A DNA stretch of 64,000 nucleotides from Leptolyngbyaceae cyanobacterium (lineage in GTDB: Bacteria > Cyanobacteriota > Cyanobacteriia > Phormidesmidales > Phormidesmidaceae). The notes under the pieces were generated by a model, which worked only from the letters and a program-made list of their open reading frames with translations, did no database searches and was not told the origin of the DNA. Shown piece after piece: positions 1 through 10,305 of this stretch. The translations under genes and the position numbers were made by a program. The stretch spans positions 1,952,001 through 2,016,000 of the forward strand of contig CBDHHL010000056.1 in assembly GCA_965263355.1 (NCBI GenBank). Direction: 5' to 3'. Numbering within the stretch: position 1 is the first letter of the stretch; the number at the start of each line of letters is the position of its first letter.

Positions 1-38
1 TTCACACGCGAGGTTTCCCCACACGGTGCCCGATATTC
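1..38 (-). ncRNA. 5' part of a probable group I intron in tRNA-Arg(CCU); runs off the window edge
   Basis: After anticodon CCU the minus strand reads GAAUAUCGGGCACCGUGUGGGGAAACCUCGCGUGUGAA instead of the tRNA 3' half. CCU^GA pairs with UCGGG (P1, U.G at the splice site), followed by a GAAA-capped P2-like hairpin. Confidence 0.75.
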
Positions 39-75
39 AGGAGGCGGTTGCTCTATCCAGCTGAGCTACAGCCCC
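39..75 (-). tRNA. tRNA-Arg(CCT) 5' exon
   Basis: Minus strand GGGGCTG TA GCTC AGCTGGATA GAGC A ACCGC CT CCT gives the acceptor 5' strand, D-arm, anticodon stem 5' strand and anticodon CCT. Confidence 0.9.
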
Positions 76-158
76 AAAGCTGGTCTATATAAACATACAC
101 TTTATAGCCCGTCCGTAAGGATGCCGTCAGTAAATTCCGCAACATGGCGGAATGAAGC

Positions 159-932
159 TTAGTTTTCTACCCAGCGGGGCACATACTTCCAACCATTCTT
201 AAGAATTTTGCGATAAGGCTCAAAACCAGGCATCTTTTCACCCACTAGCTGCCAAAACGCCTTGGAATGGTTCATATGGACCGTATGACACAGTTCATGC
301 ACCAGAACGTAGTGCACCACTTCTTTAGGTAAAAACAGCAGCTTGTAGTTCAGACTAATGTTTTTACTACTAGAACAACTGGCCCAGCGCGTTTTCTGTC
401 CCCGTACCGACGGTCGCTTAAACGGTAGTTCCAGGTCAAAGCTCAGCTGTCGTAGCCAGGGCACTAATTCCCGATGTGCCTTATGACCTAACCACTCACA
501 CAGCACCTGATTACAGATAGACACCTGGTCAACATGACCCCGCACCTTTAATCCATGCCCCGGCAATGGAATACACAGGGTAGGCCCCTGATCAGCCTCA
601 TAACTGACCTGCCAAATTTCGCTGGGGTCAGTTTGGGCTAGGGGAGCTTGCCAGCGCAGTTCAAGTTTTTCTGGTTTTATGGTCTGCCAATCATTGGCCG
701 TATCCCGATGTTCACTTAGCAGCTGAGCCCGATTTTTTAGAATCCAATCGCGACGTTTGGCAATTAGCTCCGGTAACTTATTGCAGTTATACCGGGGCGG
801 GACCACCACCTCCACACTGCCATCCACGGCGATTTTGATCGACACATGTTTTGCCCGCTTGCTTTGACGGACAGTGTAATCAAATTCGTTTGATAAGGGG
901 GCGGATGGTGGAAACAGCTCTAACTGCACCAT
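159..932 (-). CDS. M48/YgjP (DUF45)-family zinc metallopeptidase-like protein
   Basis: QKTRWASCS, YVLVHELCH (HExxH) and NHSKAFW motifs. Confidence 0.85.
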   Translation of the reverse strand: MVQLELFPPSAPLSNEFDYTVRQSKRAKHVSIKIAVDGSVEVVVPPRYNCNKLPELIAKRRDWILKNRAQLLSEHRDTANDWQTIKPEKLELRWQAPLAQTDPSEIWQVSYEADQGPTLCIPLPGHGLKVRGHVDQVSICNQVLCEWLGHKAHRELVPWLRQLSFDLELPFKRPSVRGQKTRWASCSSSKNISLNYKLLFLPKEVVHYVLVHELCHTVHMNHSKAFWQLVGEKMPGFEPYRKILKNGWKYVPRWVEN

Positions 933-1154
933 GGCTAAGTTTGGGGTTTACGGGGTCCTAAGTTGAACTTACATGATGCCAGTAGATTCTAAGGCGTTCA
1001 ATCCAAAACTCAAAATTAAGCACTCAAAACGCCCATTGCCGATTGCCGACTGATCAAAAACTCCTTAAGCATGCCTCCATTTTGCTGCAGGAATGCCTAT
1101 TTGCCTTGATACTATGTGAACCAAGAAAATTGGCTTATAACCGAATCATTAAAT

Positions 1155-2432
1155 ATGGCCCAATTAAAAACGCGACTATGGGTATTGATAGCAGCAATGT
1201 TAATGTTGGGTGCCTGTGGTGGTGGTGATGGGGCGTCTTCTGAAAGTGACGAAAAAACCGTAACTATCCTGGGCGTAATTGTTGGAGAACAGCAGGAAAA
1301 ATTAGAAACAGCACTAAAACCCTTTGAAGAAGAAACGGGTATTGATGTCATCTACGAGGGTACCGATTCCTTCGCAACGTTATTACCCGAAAGAGTAGAG
1401 GCGGGGGATGCACCAGATATCGCCATGTTCCCACAGCCAGGTATGATGGCTAGTTTTGCCAATGCTGGGCAAATGGTCCCCATGACGGAATTTATAGACA
1501 AGGACACCCTAACCGAGGCCTTTGCAGAAAGTTGGTTATCTCTGACCACATTTAATGATGACCTCTATGGCATCTGGTATCGGGCTTCAGTAAAAAGTTT
1601 GGTGTGGTATAACCCAAAGGCGTTTGCCGCCCAGGGGTTTACGGTGCCAACGAGTTGGGATGAAATGCTTGCTCTTAGCGATCAGATTGTTGCGGCGGGT
1701 GTCATGCCGTGGTGTATCGGACTGGAAAGTGGTGAAGCCACGGGTTGGCCCGGTACTGACTGGATCGAAGATATCATGCTGCGCACAGCTGGACCGGAGA
1801 TTTACGACCAGTGGATCAACCATGAGATTCCATTTAATAATGATGCGGTTCAGGCAGCCTTTGAGCAGTTTGGCAAAATTGTTCTCAATGAAACCTACGT
1901 GGTAGGAGGAACAACTGGAGCCATTAGTACCCCCTTTGGCGATGCTCCGCAGGGATTATTTGGGGATATACCCACTTGTTATATGCACCGTCAAGCCAAC
2001 TTTATTAGCCGTTTCTTACCTGAGGATGTGAATCTGACAGAGGATGTGGATATCTTTTTGCTACCGAGCATTGATCCTGCTTACGGTACACCCGTTCTAG
2101 TTGCTGGGGATGTGTTCGGCATGTTTAACGATACTCCAGAAGCTCGGGCGTTCATGGAGTATTTGGCCACACCAATACCCCATAAAATTTGGGTGGGTCT
2201 GGGGGGATTCTTGTCACCCCACAAGCAGGTGAGTCTGGAGGCATACCCCGATGCTCTGAGCAAAAAACAAGCAGAGTTTTTGAGCGACGCTGAGACAATT
2301 CGGTTTGATGGTTCGGATATGATGCCAGAGGCTGTGGGTACTGGTACTTTCTGGGCCGGTGTGGTGGATTATGTGGCGGGTGAACCGGTGGAAGAGGTAT
2401 TGGATACGATTGAGGCGAGTTGGCCAGAATAA
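1155..2432 (+). CDS. ggtB: Alpha-glucoside (glucosylglycerol/trehalose/sucrose) ABC transporter substrate-binding lipoprotein
   Basis: Lipobox LGAC; PWCIGLESGEATGWPGTDWIED and RFDGSDMMP are typical of AglE/GgtB; start ATG 1155 preferred. Confidence 0.8.
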   Translation: MAQLKTRLWVLIAAMLMLGACGGGDGASSESDEKTVTILGVIVGEQQEKLETALKPFEEETGIDVIYEGTDSFATLLPERVEAGDAPDIAMFPQPGMMASFANAGQMVPMTEFIDKDTLTEAFAESWLSLTTFNDDLYGIWYRASVKSLVWYNPKAFAAQGFTVPTSWDEMLALSDQIVAAGVMPWCIGLESGEATGWPGTDWIEDIMLRTAGPEIYDQWINHEIPFNNDAVQAAFEQFGKIVLNETYVVGGTTGAISTPFGDAPQGLFGDIPTCYMHRQANFISRFLPEDVNLTEDVDIFLLPSIDPAYGTPVLVAGDVFGMFNDTPEARAFMEYLATPIPHKIWVGLGGFLSPHKQVSLEAYPDALSKKQAEFLSDAETIRFDGSDMMPEAVGTGTFWAGVVDYVAGEPVEEVLDTIEASWPE

Positions 2433-2461
2433 ATTTTCGGACAGTATGGAGGCGAAAATTT

Positions 2462-3511
2462 ATGCCCGATAATGTGTTGCGGGTTTTGACGGCGTTGGTT
2501 GCGATCGCACTTGGCTCCATTGGCACCTTTGCCATTTTCTACAGCCTTAACCTACTGGTAGAACAATTTTCCCGTCCCTGGAAAAACCGAATTTTACCCT
2601 GGATCTACATGGGGCCAGCGGTGCTAATGCTCACCGCCTATCTAGTGCTACCCACCCTGCGAACGTTGTATATCAGCTTTTTGGATAGCCGTTCACAAAA
2701 GTTTGTTGGGTTCAAGAACTATGTTTTTGCCCTGACTAACCCAGATATGGTGATTGCCTTTCGTAATAACCTGCTGTGGTTGGTACTAGTATCAGCCCTG
2801 AGCGTCAGTCTGGGGCTAATCATTGCGGTACTGGTGGACCGGGTAAACTACGAAGCAACTGCTAAGTCACTGATCTTTCTGCCCATGGCCATTTCCTTTG
2901 TGGGAGCAAGTGTAATTTGGCGGTTTGTCTATGCATTTAAACCGGCGGGCAGTGACCAAATTGGTTTTTTAAACGCAGTACGTCAGGTATTGGGGTTAGC
3001 GCCCTTGGGCTGGCTCATTGAACGGAATGGTTTACTGGAGCCCCTATGGGAAGCACTGGCAGTGCCGAGTATTCCTGGGTTACCCACCTTGTTACCGTTG
3101 AATACCCTGGCCTTAATTGTCATTATGATCTGGCTGCAAACCGGTTTTTGCATGGTGCTGCTGTCGGCAGCGGTGAAGGGTATTCCCAACGATGTGATTG
3201 AAGCGGCACGGATCGATGGGGCCAATGAGTTTCAGATTTTTCGGCGCATCATTGTGCCCATGATCATGCCTACCATCACGGTGGTGACCACAACAGTTGT
3301 AGTAGCTGTACTCAAGATATTTGACATTGTTTACGTGATGACCGGTGGCAACCTGGATACGGATGTGATTGCTAGCCGCATGATCAAAGAAATGTTTAAA
3401 TTTAGAAACTTTGGTCACGGCAGCGCCATTGCCACAGTCCTTCTCCTGGCAGTGATTCCAGTAATGATAACCAACATTCGTCGTTTTACTCAGCAGGAAG
3501 CCAACCGATGA
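2462..3511 (+). CDS. ggtC: Sugar ABC transporter permease
   Basis: EAARIDGA loop, multiple TM segments, GGAGG RBS before ATG 2462. Confidence 0.8.
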   Translation: MPDNVLRVLTALVAIALGSIGTFAIFYSLNLLVEQFSRPWKNRILPWIYMGPAVLMLTAYLVLPTLRTLYISFLDSRSQKFVGFKNYVFALTNPDMVIAFRNNLLWLVLVSALSVSLGLIIAVLVDRVNYEATAKSLIFLPMAISFVGASVIWRFVYAFKPAGSDQIGFLNAVRQVLGLAPLGWLIERNGLLEPLWEALAVPSIPGLPTLLPLNTLALIVIMIWLQTGFCMVLLSAAVKGIPNDVIEAARIDGANEFQIFRRIIVPMIMPTITVVTTTVVVAVLKIFDIVYVMTGGNLDTDVIASRMIKEMFKFRNFGHGSAIATVLLLAVIPVMITNIRRFTQQEANR

Positions 3512-4377
3512 AAATTGCCCGTGTGTCGACTCCTGGTTGGTTCAAACGGTTGCCATTGCATACAGCGGTAGTTACAATCGCACTCCTCTGGACCTTACCC
3601 ACGGTTGGTCTACTGATCAGTTCTTTCCGACGTCAGGATGATTTACTCCAAAACGGCTGGTGGACGGTTTTCAACCATCCCTTTGACCTGGCCCAGTTCC
3701 ACATCGGTAATTACGGGAATGTGTTAGCTAGCCAGGGCATGGGGCAGGCATTTTTGAACAGTTTGGTGATTTCAGTCCCGGCCACGGTGATGCCCATCTC
3801 CATCGCAACCTTTGCCGCCTATGCCCTGGCCTGGATGAAGTTTCCAGGACGTCAGGTGATCTTTGTAGCTATCGTCGGCTTATTAGTAGTACCGCTACAG
3901 ATGACGCTGATTCCAGTGTTGCGAGTGTATAACGAACTCGGTTTAGCCGGTAGTTTTCTGGCAGTATGGCTGGCCCATACAGGCTATGGACTACCGTTGG
4001 GTATATACCTGTTGCGTAACTACATTGCCTCGTTACCACGGGATCTAATTGAAGCAGCCGCCGTAGACGGGGCATCTCACCTGAAGATTTTTATGCGGTT
4101 GATTTTACCGCTGTCGATGCCTGCGATCGCATCCTTTGCTGTTTTCCAATTCCTCTGGGTCTGGAACGATCTGCTGGTGGCGCTCATATATCTAGGCGGC
4201 AACCAAAATGCAGCCCCGGTTACCCTGGTACTGCGCAACCTGGCAGGTGACCGAGGACAAGACTGGCACCTGCTGACAGCTGGAGCCTTTATCTCTATGG
4301 TGATACCGCTAGCAGTCTTTTTTGCCCTACAACGATATTTTGTGCGCGGACTGTTGGCGGGCTCTGTGAAAGGTTAG
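3508..4377 (+). CDS. ggtD: Sugar ABC transporter permease
   Basis: EAAAVDGA loop, FLWVWNDLL, C-terminal YFVRGLLAGSVKG; ATGA overlap with the upstream permease. Confidence 0.8.
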   Translation: MKIARVSTPGWFKRLPLHTAVVTIALLWTLPTVGLLISSFRRQDDLLQNGWWTVFNHPFDLAQFHIGNYGNVLASQGMGQAFLNSLVISVPATVMPISIATFAAYALAWMKFPGRQVIFVAIVGLLVVPLQMTLIPVLRVYNELGLAGSFLAVWLAHTGYGLPLGIYLLRNYIASLPRDLIEAAAVDGASHLKIFMRLILPLSMPAIASFAVFQFLWVWNDLLVALIYLGGNQNAAPVTLVLRNLAGDRGQDWHLLTAGAFISMVIPLAVFFALQRYFVRGLLAGSVKG

Positions 4378-4396
4378 TTTCCTGCAATTGCTAGCA

Positions 4397-4585
4397 CTAA
4401 ACAGACCGATAAAACGCTGAAGACTCTTGCCGGTTGACGCGCTGGTGAACTGTAGAAAATGATTGGGTGATTGCTGTGGTTGCTGCCTGAGGCATCTCTT
4501 GACGACAGTTTGAACAATACCAATAGATATTTCTATGACGAATATGACGTAGTAAAGAACTATTACAGCAAAGACAGTTATTCAT
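4397..4585 (-). CDS. Small zinc-ribbon protein (conserved cyanobacterial hypothetical)
   Basis: CLCC...LLRHIRH...YWYCSNCRQEMP gives two Cys pairs. Confidence 0.7.
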   Translation of the reverse strand: MNNCLCCNSSLLRHIRHRNIYWYCSNCRQEMPQAATTAITQSFSTVHQRVNRQESSAFYRSV

Positions 4586-5080
4586 AATCCCTTGATGCTG
4601 ATGTGACGAAGTGAGCTAAGAAAAATGACGCATCGAACTTGATGACGTCTAATAGTAAGCAATAAATGTGAGCAAACTATGAAGAACATCCCACTGTAAT
4701 GTGGCAAACAGTGCAAAAAGTCATCACAAAATCAAATCTTGTTGATTGGATTAGCATGAACAAACAACATTAGTCGTATCAGTAAGCTTGGTCTGTAGAA
4801 GGCTTGATGCGATCTATCTTTTTTGAGTCTGTTGTTGGGGTTCTTGATGACCACCGATGTCACCACCCACGTAATAGAGGCGTTGGTGTTAATGAGAGCA
4901 ATGTTTGTAATTAATTCCTGATGCTCACAAAATCTTCAGATTTTTTTTCTATACTAAATTTTATATAACACAAGCAGAGTCGCTTCCTTTGTCTTGCATT
5001 GCTCTACTTACATCAGTAGGTATGAAGTTGCCGATATTAGCGTCCAAAGTTCACCAACATTTTTAGAAAACAGATTAACT

Positions 5081-5458
5081 ATGCAATGCACTACCACGCC
5101 CGTCTCCCAGTTTTTATCAGATAAGGTTGCCAGCGTTTTATCAGGCTACCCCGTCTATCCCTATCAAGTTGCGTTAAACAATGAGGCTATCCAACGGTTA
5201 CTGCTGGATTATGTCGAATGCCAGCTTAAACAAGCCATGCCTACACTGGAGTCCGATGACCAGTGGCAACGCTTACCCCAATATGCCCACCAATTTGTGG
5301 ATTTAGAACTACGTTTAGAAAGCTACATCTATTGGGGTATTGAGTACATTATTCAGAATCAGTTTGATCTGTTATTGAGCACAGAAGAGCCTACAGAACT
5401 CTCTTGGACTGTGCAAGATATGACCCAAGCCTGTATGCCCTCCTATTGGTTTGGCTGA
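5081..5458 (+). CDS. Conserved cyanobacterial hypothetical protein (ComFB-like)
   Basis: YPVYPYQVA...LLDYV and C-terminal PSYWFG resemble a cyanobacterial family often labelled ComFB-like; start uncertain. Confidence 0.5.
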   Translation: MQCTTTPVSQFLSDKVASVLSGYPVYPYQVALNNEAIQRLLLDYVECQLKQAMPTLESDDQWQRLPQYAHQFVDLELRLESYIYWGIEYIIQNQFDLLLSTEEPTELSWTVQDMTQACMPSYWFG

Positions 5459-5527
5459 TACAGCCCCGCCAACAACAAGTAAATCGATGTGCTGATTGCA
5501 GCACTAACCCCCTAAAATACTATAAGA

Positions 5528-6295
5528 CTAATCGCTGCTGAGGACCTTCTCTTCTTCGTCCTCAGCAGCTTCTACAGCCGTTATAACGGGTACCTTCAAA
5601 GCAATTTCATCGGCCACATCAGGTTCCACACGTTTTGAGAAACCCCAGGCAAAGATGGCAGCAATCAGCATTACCATAGCCCAATAGGGCGGTACCCAAC
5701 TTTCATTGATTACCCGTGTTAATAGCCGCAAACCTACAAACGCGACGGTGACAAACCCTGCATCTTCAAGATGGACATACTCATTGAGCCAGCGAATAAA
5801 CAAACCGGCCATAAACCGCAGAGCAATAATTCCAATGGTGCCCCCCAATAAGATAATGGCCACTTCATCCGACAGGGCAATGGCAGTGGTTACGCTATCG
5901 AGAGAAAACGCCAGGTCCGTAAACGCAATAATTGGGATAGCTTGCCATAGGGAGGAAAACTTGGGGCCATGGTGCTGCTCATCATTGTCTCCGCTATCGC
6001 TGAAGTGTTGATACACCAGCCATAATAAATAGGCTGCTCCAGCCACCTCAAATTGCCAGAACTTGAGCACCCAGTTGGCCGTCAATATCAATAGCATACG
6101 TAGCACAAAGGCGACGATTAGCCCCAAATTAAGGGCTCGCTTTTGATCGTCTTTTGACTCTAAGCCTTGGGCAATGGCGGCCAGTGCGATCGCATTATCC
6201 GCTGATAAGACTGCTTCCAGCGCAATCAATACGGGTAATAGAAGTAATGTGTCCAGCCCTAAGTTAGGGGACCATTCAAGTAACTGATCTAACAT
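5528..6295 (-). CDS. TerC family membrane protein
   Basis: LEAVLSADNA and DLAFSLDSV motifs. Confidence 0.9.
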   Translation of the reverse strand: MLDQLLEWSPNLGLDTLLLLPVLIALEAVLSADNAIALAAIAQGLESKDDQKRALNLGLIVAFVLRMLLILTANWVLKFWQFEVAGAAYLLWLVYQHFSDSGDNDEQHHGPKFSSLWQAIPIIAFTDLAFSLDSVTTAIALSDEVAIILLGGTIGIIALRFMAGLFIRWLNEYVHLEDAGFVTVAFVGLRLLTRVINESWVPPYWAMVMLIAAIFAWGFSKRVEPDVADEIALKVPVITAVEAAEDEEEKVLSSD

Positions 6296-6431
6296 CTAGC
6301 CCTTACAGTGTGCGCTCCCTACAGTGAACATATCCTTGACAGTTGGGCCTAGCTCACCCTTGTTTAGAATAGAACAGATATAATCCGCTACCCCTCATCG
6401 ATCAGAGAAACTACTGATTTCCCACCTGCCT

Positions 6432-7097
6432 GTGATTTCCAACCTATTCGCTCAATTCCGCCATCAATATGCCAATGGCAGTTTGACCACCGAACTACTG
6501 ATGCATCACGCTGAGCAATACCTTGTTAAAGCAACTGTGACCCTTGGAGAACAGGTGGTGGCCACAGCATTAGCTGCCGACCAGAACTTGACTGTAGCAG
6601 ACGATCAGGCTAAGGCCAGAGTTCTTGCCATGTTAGGCTTTGAGGCTGCCGCATCGGTTCAACCATCAACCCTCCAACCACCACAGCAGGTCCCTGTCAC
6701 CAATACTAACGGTAGTGCATCTGATACCAATATTAGTGCGTCTGATGATGTAACGTCTGTCACCTCTGCAAAACTGCCTCAGACGACAGATAACGAAGAT
6801 ATTGGTCGTCCCATCGATAGTTTTACGCCCGATGAAGCACCTGCTCCATCTCAGGTTCCAGCGTCATCCTTGGCTGCCCCTACCCTAGAAAGCTTTGACG
6901 ACAGCCATCCGGTAGATTTGTCAGATATCATTGCTCAAACAGATGTAGAAATGGCCCGTCTGGGTTGGAGCAATGTTCAAGGGCGTACCTACTTGGAGAA
7001 GACATTTAACAAACGTTCCCGCCAGCAACTAACAGATGAAGAACTACTGACGTTTTTGCTCTATCTAGAATCCCAGACAACGCCAACTATGGATTAG
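6432..7097 (+). CDS. Conserved hypothetical protein (two domains joined by a P/S/T-rich linker)
   Basis: 221 aa ORF; C-terminal DLSDIIAQTDVEMARLGW...KRSRQQLTDEEL resembles a conserved cyanobacterial protein found next to clpP. Confidence 0.7.
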   Translation: MISNLFAQFRHQYANGSLTTELLMHHAEQYLVKATVTLGEQVVATALAADQNLTVADDQAKARVLAMLGFEAAASVQPSTLQPPQQVPVTNTNGSASDTNISASDDVTSVTSAKLPQTTDNEDIGRPIDSFTPDEAPAPSQVPASSLAAPTLESFDDSHPVDLSDIIAQTDVEMARLGWSNVQGRTYLEKTFNKRSRQQLTDEELLTFLLYLESQTTPTMD

Positions 7098-7102
7098 CAC
7101 AC

Positions 7103-7705
7103 TTATACAATGGTAGGTCGGCCACCGATAGCATGACGATCAATCACCTGGTCAATCAAACCATACTCAACCGCCTCGTTGGGGGACATAAAGAAATCGC
7201 GCTCAGTATCTTCAGTAATGCGCTCAATGGGTTGTCCAGTGTGAGCGGCCAGGGCATCATTCAAGGTTTTCTTGATGTAAAGAATTTCCTTGGCCTGAAT
7301 TTCAATATCAGTGGCTTGACCTTGGGCTCCCCCTAATGGTTGGTGAATCATAATCCGGGAGTTAGGCAGGCTCATCCGTTTGCCTTTGGTACCTGCACTT
7401 AGCAAAAAGGCTCCCATACTAGCGGCCAGCCCAACACAGATGGTAGAAACATCGGGCTTAATATGATTCATTGTGTCAAAGATGCCGAGACCGTCATATA
7501 CCGAACCACCGGGGGAATTGATATACAAATAGATATCTTTTTCCGGGTCCTCGGCTTCTAGAAACAGCATCTGCGCCACAATCAGGTTTGCTGACTCAGC
7601 GGTTACCTGCTGCCCTAGAAAAACAATGCGTTCCCTTAGAAGGCGGGAGTAAATGTCAAAGGCGCGTTCACCGCGACCCGACTGCTCAATAACGGTAGGA
7701 ATCAT
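7103..7705 (-). CDS. clpP: ATP-dependent Clp protease proteolytic subunit
   Basis: [39 protein letters not shown]. Confidence 0.97.
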   Translation of the reverse strand: MIPTVIEQSGRGERAFDIYSRLLRERIVFLGQQVTAESANLIVAQMLFLEAEDPEKDIYLYINSPGGSVYDGLGIFDTMNHIKPDVSTICVGLAASMGAFLLSAGTKGKRMSLPNSRIMIHQPLGGAQGQATDIEIQAKEILYIKKTLNDALAAHTGQPIERITEDTERDFFMSPNEAVEYGLIDQVIDRHAIGGRPTIV

Positions 7706-8038
7706 AAAGGCCTAAGCGTATGGGTTCTCTTCTTACTGTTAACGATTGTACAGACTCACTCAGGCTAATGGGGGAGTGCGGATAACCGACTTGGACCTGC
7801 TTTCACCCGACTCATCCGACCAATCAGACACAGAATTCACAGAATTGAGAACACGCATCAACAATACAAAGGTGCAGGTATGACATGTGCACCAGCTATC
7901 GGCTGGTAACTCAGCGCCATCAAGGTCAGTTATCTTGCTAATTAACCTCAGGCCAAGAAACCGAATTTACGATTCAGATTCCGGTTCAACCAGCTAGTGC
8001 AGCATCAAAGCTAAAAACTCAGGTTGGTTACTGATGAA

Positions 8039-8099
8039 GTGAGACGGGTAAAGAGTGACTCTCCAGCCCTTTATAATCTTTACTCTTTACCCGTCTCAC
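8039..8099. repeat. 18-bp perfect inverted repeat (stem-loop)
   Basis: GTGAGACGGGTAAAGAGT (8039-8056) and ACTCTTTACCCGTCTCAC (8082-8099), 25-nt spacer. Confidence 0.8.
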
Positions 8100-8131
8100 C
8101 CGCAATGTTAGGTCTGACAGACCAATAGCGT

Positions 8132-8539
8132 TTAATCGGGCTCAAATGGTTGAAACCACTGCTGCTTCAGTCCCCAGTCCAACACTAAGCGGATCCCCAG
8201 AAATAGACCAAAGCTTTCAGCAATGGGGGCTGCCAATGCCAATAACTCAGAAAAAACGAAGCTGTTTGGGGACATACTTTCTAGCTGACCTAGGCTGCGT
8301 GTCAGGGCAAAGGCCCCCACAACACCACTTTTGAGATGGGGATTAGAGTCATTGCGGATAATATAGCGGTAGGTGACACCAAATAAAAAGGCAGAAACAG
8401 TAGCTACAGCGATATGTAAAACGTAGGCATTTGAGTTGAGTAAGCTAGGGCGCAATCCAAGCAATAAAGTACCCAAGCTAGTGCCCGTAAGTGCTGCCAC
8501 ACCGCCAGCCTTAATTGACTCAATCCGTTCTTGATCCAT
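8132..8539 (-). CDS. Conserved hypothetical membrane protein
   Basis: ERIESIKAG and LFGVTYRYIIRNDSNPHLKSG; hydrophobic segments. Confidence 0.7.
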   Translation of the reverse strand: MDQERIESIKAGGVAALTGTSLGTLLLGLRPSLLNSNAYVLHIAVATVSAFLFGVTYRYIIRNDSNPHLKSGVVGAFALTRSLGQLESMSPNSFVFSELLALAAPIAESFGLFLGIRLVLDWGLKQQWFQPFEPD

Positions 8540-8663
8540 GGTGTTGGTATCTGTTCTGCGTCAATTTTTCCATCACCCAAAAATCAGGCGTTAATCTACC
8601 GTATGATAAAGACAGCCGGTTAAGCGGCAATTTTAATTTAGTAAACAACGCACGTTAGGCGAT

Positions 8664-8753
8664 ATGGACATTTTGACACTCGGTTGGGTTGCATTGCTGG
8701 CTTTCTTTAGCTTCTCCATCTCGATGGTAATTTGGGGTCGCAACGGTTTCTAA
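8664..8753 (+). CDS. petN: Cytochrome b6f complex subunit PetN
   Basis: Hand-translated [29 protein letters not shown] (29 aa, below the ORF track cutoff). Confidence 0.95.
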   Translation: MDILTLGWVALLAFFSFSISMVIWGRNGF

Positions 8754-8770
8754 CATACTGGTTTTAGTCA

Positions 8771-8965
8771 ATGACAGGTGAATTAGCAGCCCAAGCTTAT
8801 AGCATCTTAGCTATATCGGCGATGTTGCTTTTAGTTTTAGTAACTGGGGGTGTGATTTATTTAACGGCAATTGAGTGGCAAGACAAGCGTAAGCGCACTC
8901 AGGAAGCTTTGGATAATCGCGTACCTGTAAGCAAACGTAAAGGCAAACACAAGAGCAAAAAGTAG
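8771..8965 (+). CDS. Small single-TM hypothetical protein
   Basis: One TM helix ending YLTAIEWQDKRKR with a basic tail; co-oriented between petN and rsmB. Confidence 0.65.
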   Translation: MTGELAAQAYSILAISAMLLLVLVTGGVIYLTAIEWQDKRKRTQEALDNRVPVSKRKGKHKSKK

Positions 8966-8967
8966 TT

Positions 8968-10305
8968 TTGATATCGGCGCGACAGCTAGCCTTTACAGTA
9001 CTTAGAGAAATTGATAAAGGTGCATTTGCCGATGTTGCCCTAGAGCGTAATATCGGCAAATTTATATTATCTGCCGCCGATAGGAGATTGGCGACCGAAT
9101 TGATTTACGGTACCGTGCGACGACAGCGCACGCTGGATGCATTAATTGATCAACTGGGTAAACGCAGTGCAGCTCAACAACCTGCGGACCTACGACGGAT
9201 TTTACATATCGGGTTTTATCAGCTGCGATACCTGGATAATGTACCCAATCATGCTGTTGTAGATACAACAGTTCAACTTGCGAAACAACAGCGTTTAGGC
9301 AAGCTCAGTGGTGTGGTAAACGGCATGCTGCGACACTATATTCGCCTGCAGGATACAGGTGATCCACTGCGATTGCCGGTTGATCAAACGCAGTCTTTGG
9401 GAATTTTACATAGTTATCCCGACTGGATTATTCAGGCTTGGGAACAATTGCTACCTGCAGGCGATGTCGCCAGTCTATGTGAGTGGTTTAATCAAACACC
9501 AAAAATTGATTTGCGGGTCAATCCTTTGCAAACAACGCTTGAGCAGGTAGCTTCAGCCCTAACAGACCATGGGTTAACGGTAACCCCCCACTTGACTATT
9601 CCAAATGCGCTCAGAATTGTGGGGCCAACGGGTAACGTACGACAGCTGCCAGGTTATGGGGAAGGCTGGTGGATGGTTCAGGATAGCAGTGCTCAGTTAG
9701 TTAGTTATTTGGTGGATCCACAGCCTGGGGAAACCATTATTGATGCTTGCGCGGCTCCCGGTGGGAAAACGGCCCATATGGCAGAAATAATGGGGGATCA
9801 GGGGAGGGTGTTGGCATGCGATCGCACCTCCTCCCGTCTTAATAAGATCCGCCAAAACGCTAAACGGCTTCAGCTCAGCAGCATTACAACAGTTATGGGC
9901 GATAGCCGCAATCATCGTGAGTTTAAGGGCATCGCTGATCGTGTACTTCTGGATGTGCCCTGCTCAGGCTTAGGTACTCTACACCGTCATGCAGATGCCC
10001 GCTGGCGACAAACACCAAAGTCTATTAACAAACTAACCACCCTGCAGCGAGAACTTCTTGAGGCAGCTGTAGGGTGGGTCAAACCTGGTGGTGTGATGGT
10101 CTACTCTACCTGTACTCTACACCCTGATGAGAATCAAAATGTCATTCAAGCATTTTTGGCTGAGCATACTGACTGGCAAATTCAATCACCTGAGACGACT
10201 GCACCAGTTTTTCCCTTTGCACAGGAACCAGGTTGGAGTACGGTTTGGCCTCATCAACAGGATATGGATGGCTTTTTTATGGTGAAGCTACAACATGTCA
10301 GCTAA
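8968..10305 (+). CDS. rsmB: 16S rRNA m5C967 methyltransferase
   Basis: NusB-like N-terminus, DACAAPGGKT, LLDVPCSGLG, VYSTCT. Confidence 0.95.
   Translation: MISARQLAFTVLREIDKGAFADVALERNIGKFILSAADRRLATELIYGTVRRQRTLDALIDQLGKRSAAQQPADLRRILHIGFYQLRYLDNVPNHAVVDTTVQLAKQQRLGKLSGVVNGMLRHYIRLQDTGDPLRLPVDQTQSLGILHSYPDWIIQAWEQLLPAGDVASLCEWFNQTPKIDLRVNPLQTTLEQVASALTDHGLTVTPHLTIPNALRIVGPTGNVRQLPGYGEGWWMVQDSSAQLVSYLVDPQPGETIIDACAAPGGKTAHMAEIMGDQGRVLACDRTSSRLNKIRQNAKRLQLSSITTVMGDSRNHREFKGIADRVLLDVPCSGLGTLHRHADARWRQTPKSINKLTTLQRELLEAAVGWVKPGGVMVYSTCTLHPDENQNVIQAFLAEHTDWQIQSPETTAPVFPFAQEPGWSTVWPHQQDMDGFFMVKLQHVS

Noticed and set aside
1155..4377. ABC operon lacking its ATPase
   Set aside because: ggtA is known to be encoded separately from ggtBCD in cyanobacteria
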